A DNA stretch of 63,421 nt, the filler included, from Octopus bimaculoides (Eukaryota), in the NCBI RefSeq assembly GCF_001194135.2. It is 7 parts of 6 records of this genome, joined end to end, with 100 filler letters (N's around TTAATTAATTAA, not from the genome) between each part and the next. Parts side by side here need not be neighbours in the genome. Positions count along the whole stretch, not along the records: positions 50,723 to 56,322 come from NC_068990.1; positions 56,423 to 58,658 come from NC_069000.1; positions 58,759 to 62,048 come from NC_068987.1; positions 62,149 to 63,421 come from NW_026417859.1; 3 more parts are not named here. One strand, written 5' to 3'. Shown in pieces: positions 54,245 to 63,421 of this stretch. Under the pieces are notes generated by a model that worked only from the letters and a program-made list of their open reading frames with translations, was not told where the DNA came from and did no database searches. Each line of letters starts with the position of its first letter. Within the stretch, counting starts at the first letter, position 1. A program made the position numbers and the translations under genes.

Positions 54245-54848
54245 TATTAACAAAAAATAATATTTTCGGTTTTTATCATGTAATACCCATATCCAACTGT
54301 AAATGTTGAACTCTGGTTAATAATTTCCTCTAAGCAATAAATGCAAATATCAAACAGCTAAACGGGAAGAGACGAGGAGGTAAAGTATAAGGGAAACAAC
54401 TTTGATTCTCATGAGTTATCTCACCATATCTTAGTTTTTTGAGATGCCAGGAAAGGGAGGTCGAGTTTAAACACTTGATAGATACGATATATCGTAAAAC
54501 AAGCAGTGAGCCTTGTACAAACATTAGAAGAAGCAACACAGTAACACATTTGGCAAAATTCTGGTTTAACCATCCCATGTAACTCCTCATAACTTCTTTT
54601 ATTTTTGTAAATTTCAAAAAAGTTTTGCCAATTTGTGTTCTACGCACGGAAATTCATAAGATTATGCAAAACAAAATTTTTTCTTAATTTTATGAACCCC
54701 CACTTCCTTCCATAATCCTAAAATTTCCACTGTTTGCAAATTTTTATTTTTTATTTTATTTATTTATTATTATTATTTTTTTTTTTTTTTCATTCAAAGT
54801 TTAAAATAGGGACAGTCCGAATCTTCATGCCTAATCTACAAATATGTA

Positions 54849-55230
54849 TGTTGGCACTCCTTCGCTTACGACGTCAAGGGTTCCAGTTGATCCGAACAAC
54901 GGAACAGCCTGCTCGTGAAATTAACGTGCAAGTGGCTGAGCACTCCACAGACACGTGTACCCTTAACGTAGTTCTCGAGGATATTCAGCGTGACACAGTG
55001 TGACAAGGCTGACCCTTTGAAATACAGGCACAACAAAAACAGGAAGAAAGAGTGAGAGAAAGTTGTGGTGGAAGAGTACAGCAGGGTTTGCCACCATCCC
55101 CTGCCGGAGCCTCGTGGAGCTTTAGGTGTTTTCGCTCAATAAACACTCACAACGCCCTGTTTGGGAATCGAAACCGCGATCCTATGACTGCGAGTCTGCT
55201 GCCCTAACCACTGGGCCATTGCGCCTCCAC
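54849..55230 (-). mobile_element. SINE family C, full length with 10-bp TSD
   Basis: TCTACAAATA at 54835-54844 and 55231-55240. Confidence 0.9.
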
Positions 55231-55428
55231 TCTACAAATAAATGTAAATGGCATTGTACACATACAAGAAACATAAGAAGAAATGCCAACGGGGCCAATT
55301 AATTAAAGGCAGCATATATAACAAATTGAAATTGACTCCAGTATATTACTGTTACTCATTTTACAGTTCACAGAATGATGACAACTTGAGTTGACTTAGG
55401 CTGGACTTCGACTTACTACTACTACTAC

Positions 55429-55459
<31 letters not shown>

Positions 55460-56050
55460 CACACATTATAGCACAGGGAATAAATACATTATGAATATGG
55501 TACCGTTGGCTGAAGGCTGCAGGCAGCAAGCCTGCTACTCATGTATGACTCCAGGAGTTCCAACAAAACTTGATAAAAGAAAAATAGTAATAATAAATTC
55601 GTAACAGTTGCATACATGAAGAGAACATGTTGGGGGTCTCCGAAACTGTGACTCTTCAGCCAACTAACTACAAGAGAGAGAGAGAGAGAGGGGGGAGAAG
55701 GAGAGAGAGAGAAAGAGAGAGAGAGAGAGAAGGAGAGAGAGAGAGAGAGAGAGAAGGAGAGAGAGACACAGAGAGAGAGACACACAGAGAGAGAGACACA
55801 GAGAGAGACAGAGAGAGAGACAGAGAGCCATATGCATTGTTTATCGATTTCTAATTAAATAAAGCCGTTATTTAAATGTAGCCAACTTGAAAGTGATAGG
55901 TAGTTCCAATATGGTAGAAGGGGGATAACAAAAACATACCCTGTTGCTTTCCAGCCGTAATATCATGGCCATCACTAAGACGAAGAGCTGTCCTAATACC
56001 ATCCAATGTGCATTCTCAAACAGCTTTTGCTGTCTCTGTAGTTGTAACCA

Positions 56051-56322
56051 GTGGAGGCGCAATAGCCCAGTGGTTAGGGCAGCAGACTCGCGGTCATAGG
56101 ATCGCAGTTTTGATTCCCAGACCGGGCGTTGTGAGTGTTTATTGAGCGAAAACACCTAAAGCTCCAAGAGGCTCCGGCAGGGGATGGTAGCGAACCCTGC
56201 TGTACTCTTTCACCACAACTTTCTCTCACTCTTACTTCCTTTTTCTGTTGTGCCTGTAATTCAAAAGGTCAGCCTTGTCACATTGTGTCACGCTGAATAT
56301 CCCCGAGAACTACGTTAAGGGT
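56051..56322 (+). mobile_element. SINE family C, truncated by gap
   Basis: High identity to the other family C copies. Confidence 0.88.
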
Positions 56323-56422
56323 NNNNNNNNNNNNNNNNNNNNNNNNNNNNNNNNNNNNNNNNNNNNTTAATTAATTAANNNNNNNNNNNNNNNNNNNNNN
56401 NNNNNNNNNNNNNNNNNNNNNN

Positions 56423-56457
<35 letters not shown>

Positions 56458-56775
56458 TGCTCCCTGTCCCAATTAGACGTACTCCTTCACCTTATTTTAA
56501 TCGTTTGCTACAGAAATGTCCCCTTGTGCTACGTTTATGGACAGCATGCCTATATATAATAAACGTGTGTGTGTGTTTGATATATAAATGTATGCATACA
56601 CACACATAAACACGTAAATGTTTATACGTGTGTTATATCTGTGAGAGTTGATTATATGAACGTACGTAGAAATTTATTGTCTTTTATTAAAGCAATGTCA
56701 TTTGGTGTGTTTATTTTAAGAGGAAAATACTATAAGGAAACACTCTCGCTCATAAATAAGTGTATAAGTTTGTAA

Positions 56776-56840
<65 letters not shown>

Positions 56841-56848
56841 CGTATATG

Positions 56849-56886
<38 letters not shown>

Positions 56887-56890
56887 TACG

Positions 56891-56940
<50 letters not shown>

Positions 56941-56958
56941 TATATGTATATGTTTGTG

Positions 56959-56993
<35 letters not shown>

Positions 56994-57534
56994 ATATACA
57001 TATATGTATGTATATATAGACATGCATGTGTACGTATACACGCATGTGTGTGTATGTATATCCAAGAGGGTAAATAAAATGTTAAAAAATTTTTGGTAAT
57101 TTTCCAAACATGGGTGGCCTGTTGTTATTGCTGTTATTGTTGTTGTTCTTTTTTGTTATTGTTAGTGTAGTTGTGGATGTTGCTATTGTAGCTATAATTC
57201 CCTTTGTGCTTGAAGTTTTTATTATTGTAGTAGCAGTAGCAGCAGTAGTAGAGGTTATTGCTGTAGTTGGTGTTGTAGTGTCTAAACTAATAATCCAGTT
57301 TTGTTATTTTAAATTTTCAATTGTTGTTGTTTAGTCTTTCTTTACCCCTCAGTTCTTTAAGTCAAAGTTAATTAGTGTCGGTGGTGGTGGTCGTGGAAGG
57401 AGGTGCTGGCGACGGTTGTGGTGCTGGTGTTCTGAGGATGGGTCGGGAGTGATGGTGGTGGTGATGGTGTTGGTGTTGGTAAGGGGTGGGTGACGACGGC
57501 GGTGGAACAGCATGGACTAAAATATTGAAGTGAA

Positions 57535-58263
57535 GTGGATAGAGAGAGAGAGAGAGAAGTACAGAGAGAAGGAGAGAGAGAGAGAGAGAAGGAGCGAGGG
57601 AGAAGGAGATAGGGAAGGAGAAAGAGAGAAGGAGAGAGAGAGAGGAAGATTGATTTATCAGTAAGAAGATGGAGGTTGGCGGCGTGGTTTGTTTGGGAGA
57701 GAGAGAGAGGGAGAGAGAGAGAGAGGGAGAAAATGGCAGGGAGAGTGGGAAAGATATAGTGATGGAAAAGAAATGAAAGAGGGGGAAAGAAAGAGAAAGA
57801 GAGAGAGAGTCTGTGTGTGAGAGAGTGAGAGAGAGAAAAGAAAGATAGAAAGATTGTGAAGGAGAGGGTGGGGGTGAGATAGAGAGTGGCAGTGATTGTA
57901 TGATATAGAGAGAAGAAGCAAGATGGAAAGAGAGGGAGAGGGAGAGATAACGAGAGAGGAGAGGGAGACAGAGGGAGAGGAATTATGAGAAAGAAAGAAA
58001 AGAGATATAGAGAGGGTAAAGACAGAAAGGTAGTGGTAGAGAGAGAGAGAGAGAGACGAAGAGAGCAATAGAGATAGAGAAAAAAAGACAGAGTGAGAGA
58101 AAGAGGGAAGGTGAGAAGATGAATGAGAATGAAGAAGAGAAGGAGGAGAAATTAGAAGAGAAAGAAAGAGAGGTTATGATAGAAGAAAAGGGAAGAAGAA
58201 CGTGGAATGGGAGCGTGTGTATGAGAGAGAGAGAGGGGGGGGAAATATGTGCGAAAGAGTGAC

Positions 58264-58315
<52 letters not shown>

Positions 58316-58320
58316 AAGAA
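57535..58320. repeat. Long polypurine (GA)n-derived tract
   Basis: Directly visible. Confidence 0.9.
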
Positions 58321-58758
58321 TAGACTGAAAAACAACGAAAAATGGAAGCAAACAATACAAAAACAAAAAATCAACAAAAAATTAAGACCTAAAAATGAAG
58401 ACGAAGACGAAAGCATATTAAAATGACATTTTTTTAGTGGAAAATATGACAAGGGAATAGCAATGAGGTTATTTTCGCTTCTCCATGTCGTCTGCTGGTG
58501 TGGGTGAGCAGACGAGGGGAGGGGATTGGATGGTAGTGATATACAATTGTTTGTGTTTGTGGTCCTTGAAGGAACAGTAGGTTGTATTGGTTCGGGTGGG
58601 ATAAAGGAGAGAAGATGTGTAAGAAAAGGGGCGATGCTTGAGGGTGTTTGAAGTATGGNNNNNNNNNNNNNNNNNNNNNNNNNNNNNNNNNNNNNNNNNN
58701 NNTTAATTAATTAANNNNNNNNNNNNNNNNNNNNNNNNNNNNNNNNNNNNNNNNNNNN

Positions 58759-58814
<56 letters not shown>

Positions 58815-58815
58815 T

Positions 58816-58870
<55 letters not shown>

Positions 58871-58940
58871 AATATTAATAATGATGATGATGATAATGAT
58901 AATAACAACAACAACAACAACAACAACAACAATAATAATA
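58759..58940. repeat. Compound (TAA)n-(TGA)n-(AAC)n microsatellite
   Basis: Directly visible. Confidence 0.95.
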
Positions 58941-59439
58941 ATAGAGAGAACCTTGTAGCAGACCCTTCCTTTCCCATTTCGTTTCTGACAATGGACTAGA
59001 AACTGTCCTCTGACACTTAATGGCTTGGTCATGGGAGCGATAAAGCACCCAGCACTGGCTGTTGTGTAGTTGCTGTTGTTGTTGATGAATACAAAATGAC
59101 AGGATCAAATATGACACCCAGATACTCGTTACGAGATCAGAATATTGGCCTATGGTCAATGTTGTTGTTACTGCTGCTGCTGCTGCTGTTGTTGTTGTTG
59201 TTGTTGTCGATGCTTCCTCTTTGTTCTTTTCTCTTGTTGATATTGTTATGGTGGTGGCGGCGGCGGTGGAGGTGGTGATAGCCGTGGGTTTTTGTTATTC
59301 TAAAGCATTAAATAAAAAAATAAAAATGTCATATCTTGTGATATTCTATGCGAATTTTCTCTTGTGATAAGACCTTTTACCATAATGACATGTATATGAA
59401 CTAGCTGTCACACACACATATATATATGTGTATATATAT

Positions 59440-59513
<74 letters not shown>

Positions 59514-60144
59514 ATAATTATATATATGTGTATGTATGTATGTATAGATATATGCATATATATGTATACCCATAAATATATATATTCATACATGATCACA
59601 CACACACATGCATAATGCATATTTGTACACATTTATATCTGCGCCTATACCTCTGCATGTGCATGTGTGCATGCATGCGCATGTGTATGTGTCCTTGTAT
59701 ATTCCTACAAACATGTCAATTTATTGATTTCATTCCATCAGTTAAATATTGAACCCTTCCCAGCGTTTTCTCTCTCTCCTTCTCTCTCTCTCTCTCTCTC
59801 TCTCCATCTATCTATCTATCTGTCTTAATTTTTCTTTTGCACATTCTTTCTGTTTTTCCTTTCTCTTCTTCCATCTTATTGTTCCTGTTGCCGTTGTTGC
59901 TGTCGTGAGCTATCATGAGCTGCTGCACAATTAAAATTCTTGAGCTCTAGTTCCCTCCAGATGTTCTGAAGAACAGGATCTTGAGCAAGACATGAGCAGG
60001 GTGGCCAGTCTCATCCTGAAAAGGACGAATCAGAAGCAATCTCTGAAAAAGACAAACAGACATGGCAAATATGTATGCCACGTCTGTCATACACTGTCAC
60101 CTGATCATTGTACCTTGCTCCTGTGTACATCTGACCAGATTCTT

Positions 60145-60282
60145 CTATTCCTTTGCTTGTTGCAGTCATTTGACTGTAGCCATGCTGGAGCACTGCCTGC
60201 TAGTCAAACAAATCGACCCCAGGACTTATTCTTTGTAAGCTTATTACTTATTTGATCGGTCTTTTTTTCCAAGCCGCTAAGT
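60145..60282 (-). mobile_element. SINE family A, 3' part abutting the Tigger fragment
   Basis: CAGTCATTTGACTGTAGCCATGCTGGAGCA..CGACCCCAGGACTTATTCTTTG. Confidence 0.75.
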
Positions 60283-60876
60283 GAGGGTGGCCAGGAGCAT
60301 TATCTAAGATAAGTAAGACCTTAAAAGGAATCCCCTTCTCCTTATAGTACTTCTCTGTTGCTGGGATAAAATGATTGAAGAACCAATCTTCAAAAACAAC
60401 AACAGTAACCCATGTTTTTGAATTAGCCAAGGGAGAGATACCTTGGGTATGTTCTTCAGAGCACGGGGATTGTGTGCATGATACACAAGCAATGGCTTTA
60501 ACTGAAAATCTCCTGCACAATTACCTCCCAGCATAATGGTCACACATTCTTTTGAAACCTTGTAGCCTGGAATAGTTTTCTCCTCCTTGGAGATGAATGA
60601 ACGGTCTGGCAATTTTTTCCAATACAATCCAGTTTCATCTATGTTTTAAATCTGTTTGGAAAGAAACCCGTTTTCTTCCATGATTTTCTTTAATGCATTA
60701 TGAAATTCTGCCACTGCTTGTTCGTCAGCTGATGCACTTTCACCTTGCTTCTTAATGGAGTGATAACTTCTTCGCTCCTTAAATAGCATGAACCATCCTT
60801 GACTTGCCTTGAACTCTACATCTTTCTCATCTGAATATTTTTTCTTCAGGTCCTCAAACAAAGACAAAGCTTTCAT
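60283..60876 (-). pseudogene. pogo/Tigger transposase fragment (CENP-B-type HTH plus DDE_1 domain)
   Basis: FKASQGWFMLFKER..GESASAD..QI*NIDETGLYWKKLPDRSFISKEEK..GGNCAGDFQLKPLLVY..WVT..FEDWF..LLILDNAPGHP, with a stop and a frameshift. Confidence 0.88.
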
Positions 60877-61083
60877 TTAAATATATATAAGCATGTCTAG
60901 ATATGCATCTATATCCATGAGAAGACATACATAAAGCAAAACATACAAATCTGCACATATACATACAAACAAAAATAGCCTGTTGTTGATGTTGAAATTC
61001 CAATGAAGGAGCCTTGGATCTTGGTTAGAAATTGATTCTATCTCTATTGGCAAGAAATCACGAAATAAAACTGAACAATGACA

Positions 61084-61120
<37 letters not shown>

Positions 61121-61404
61121 ATAATAAGGATTCAGATAAAATTGGGTACTTAAAAAAATATGCACCAGGTAGGGTTGTATAAACCTGTGGTTCCAGCTTA
61201 TGGTTGGTAAGTATCAAATAGGATATTACGGTTGTGAATATAGAGAAAACCAACCCTACGGGTATTTAGTGCCTGGGGGCTGGTCCAAAGCATACGTTAT
61301 GTTGATTGTACATTGTTGGTATACTCCAGAGTGCTTGGCGTGTCGTAAATCCTTATGGTGTATTATAATCAAATGAATAATAACAGACGGTGAATAATTG
61401 TCAG

Positions 61405-61457
61405 CTCATTCCAGCCGTTTCTTACTTCATTGCAAAAAACTGTAATCATCAGATGAA
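61405..61457 (-). ncRNA. Degenerate hammerhead-like motif (probably inactive)
   Basis: Minus strand: ttcat-CTGATGA-ttac-[16 nt]-gtaa-GAAAC-ggct-GGA-atgag. Stems I and II pair, but the GUH triplet is GGA. Confidence 0.4.
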
Positions 61458-61724
61458 ACGTAATTTCAAAAACAAAAGCATATCTCAAGAATACAGCAGG
61501 GACGTGGCTGAAGTCTGTCGAGGCGTATCATGAAATGGAAGAATGACCAACAAAACTGGCCATTGTGGGCATTAAGGGGTAGAGTTAGGTTAAAAATTTA
61601 CCTTGTGAGAGGGTGTAATGTGAAATTTATCGTGATGGAATAGGAATCAGCTAGACTGGTTCTTTCTGAGGCTAGAGATGAGGTGTGTTCTTGGGATAGC
61701 CTTTTCTTTTTAAAATTGTGTCGT

Positions 61725-62048
61725 ATTTACATTATTTACATTTGACAGATATTTGTCCTCATCTTGTTTGTTGTTAACACAACGTTTCGGCTGATATACC
61801 CTCCGGCCTTCATCAGGTGTCTTGGAGAAATTTCGAACCTGGGTTTTCATTCCTAAGGTATTTTTTGATGTTATTATTATTATTATTATTCAGGTCACTG
61901 CCTGAAATTGAACTTGGAATCTTGGGGTTAGTAGCCCGCACTCTTAACCACTGCACCATATGCCTGTGGGCATATGGCATGGGCTACTAACACCAAGATT
62001 GTAAGTTTGATTCCAGGCAGTGACCTGAATAATAATAATAGTAATAAT
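61725..62048. mobile_element. Head-to-head tRNA-like SINE pair with (TAA)n and downstream hammerhead
   Basis: Inverted repeat about 61880-61964 / 61969-62048 around TGTG. Each arm reads ggcatatgg(tgcagtggttaagagtgc)gggctactaac.ccaagatt..aagtt..att.caggcagtgacctg(aat)n with A-box and B-box-like motifs. The left arm continues into the hammerhead; the right arm runs into a gap. Confidence 0.7.
61776..61821 (-). ncRNA. Minimal hammerhead ribozyme motif with loop-less stem III
   Basis: Minus strand: gacac-CTGATGA-a-ggccg-gagggtatat-cagcc-GAAAC-GTT-gtgtt. Stem I is 5 bp (one G-U), stem II is 4 of 5 bp, and stem III is reduced to self-complementary ACGU. Confidence 0.65.
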
Positions 62049-63370
62049 NNNNNNNNNNNNNNNNNNNNNNNNNNNNNNNNNNNNNNNNNNNNTTAATTAA
62101 TTAANNNNNNNNNNNNNNNNNNNNNNNNNNNNNNNNNNNNNNNNNNNNTATATATATAAATATACACACACATACACACACACATATATATATATACTTA
62201 TACACATGTATGCATACACAAACGATACACACTGAGAGGTGTAGACATATACATGCACACATACATCATTACGTACGAATATATATTAAAACGGTGCCTT
62301 AAGTATTTAACTAATAGTGCATACATACATGCATTTTACGAGCATGGTCCCTTGCATCTATCCATCTATACACACACACAGCCCCCCCCCCACGATAAGA
62401 TATTTACGTAAGTGACTATTACATTATTACTAATGCTCAGTCTCTAAAGGTGGCAATTGCTTTCATTAGCTTACAGATGTTTCCGCGGCTAAAAGTATCA
62501 CTCACCTAACACTTCCCTCTGAAGCATAAGTATATTACAGTTTCGCAAGTTATTAATATGGCTCTGCATAAGAGAAGTTGTTATACATACAGGCATTTCT
62601 GTATGGTAAGAAGGTGAAAAAAGGTTGCAGATATGGGGGAGGCTAAAAGCCCCAGTGAAGTATATGAACATTTATAAGAGGCTTGTTGCCTCATATAAAG
62701 AGGAAGAATGTTTGTGTTAATTTGTTTTATAAATCTGACCGACTTGTATTGAAAAAAGTTTTAGAGAGGTTATCAGTCGGCGGGCGCAGATGCCTCTCCC
62801 ATTTTCATTCTGTCTTGTGCATTCATCTTCATTCATTAATATATATATATATATACACGAACACACACTACACACACATATATATACGACTATTGAAAAG
62901 GTGGCAAGACGCAATGAAAATTTTGGAAAAATAAATAAGTAAATGAGTGGAAACCGAGTCGGTGAGTGTGTTAAATAATAAGGCATTAAAACAGAATGAC
63001 TTTCCCCGAACAATAACACACACACACAGACACACAGACACACACAGAGACACACACACACACAGACACACACACACAGACACACACACACACATATATA
63101 TATGAAGGATTTCATGTATGCGTGAGTGTTATGAACGCAAACGTACAGATACAGAGAGCTGCACACATGCACATGTGTACTTGAGGGTATACAGATAGAC
63201 GGCTGGGGTAGAGAGGAGACAGACACGTGGGCGCGAATCAATGACTGCTTATGAGGAGATGCACCTGTTTGGACTTTATTGCTAGACATTTATAAACAGA
63301 AACACACGCGTAAACACACACACACATGAACACATGTACGCACGCACACACTCACACGAGAAGTCACAGA

Positions 63371-63421
<51 letters not shown>

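Noticed and set aside
55505-55664. 11-bp inverted repeat GTTGGCTGAAG/CTTCAGCCAAC with an internal CGAAAC
   Set aside because: Too short, no TSD, and no coherent ribozyme fold; could be chance or a very old MITE.
59950-60140. Open frame ending in a YVCHVCH motif
   Set aside because: Short, with no complete zinc finger or clear splice boundaries; the rest of the ORF is antisense SINE.

Overview
Eukaryotic, AT-rich, repeat-dense scaffold with many N-gaps. It looks like intronic or intergenic DNA from an octopus or other cephalopod; this is inferred from the tRNA-derived SINE families and the extreme (CA)/(TA)/(TACA)/trinucleotide microsatellite load. No host protein-coding gene can be called with confidence, and most ORFs in the track are microsatellite or gap artefacts. 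Supportable content: (1) at least four tRNA-headed SINE families, about 25 copies, several with target-site duplications (TSDs); (2) decayed DNA transposons: a full-length 1.2-kb Tc1-type element with DD36E spacing, two mariner fragments, a pogo/Tigger transposase fragment, a Tigger-type MITE and a Chapaev/Transib-like fragment; (3) LINE remnants: two Tx1/L1-like ORF1 copies, a CR1/L2-like endonuclease fragment and an RTE-like 3' end. Main discovery: three sequence-unrelated palindromic (fold-back) elements at 19.7, 43.8 and 61.8 kb. Each carries type I minimal hammerhead ribozyme motifs pointing outward from the palindrome centre. The first two have a hammerhead in both arms; the third couples a Pol III tRNA-like head to a hammerhead. 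Together they suggest a Penelope/retrozyme-like non-autonomous ribozyme retroelement system. All coordinates were read by eye and degenerate boundaries are approximate.
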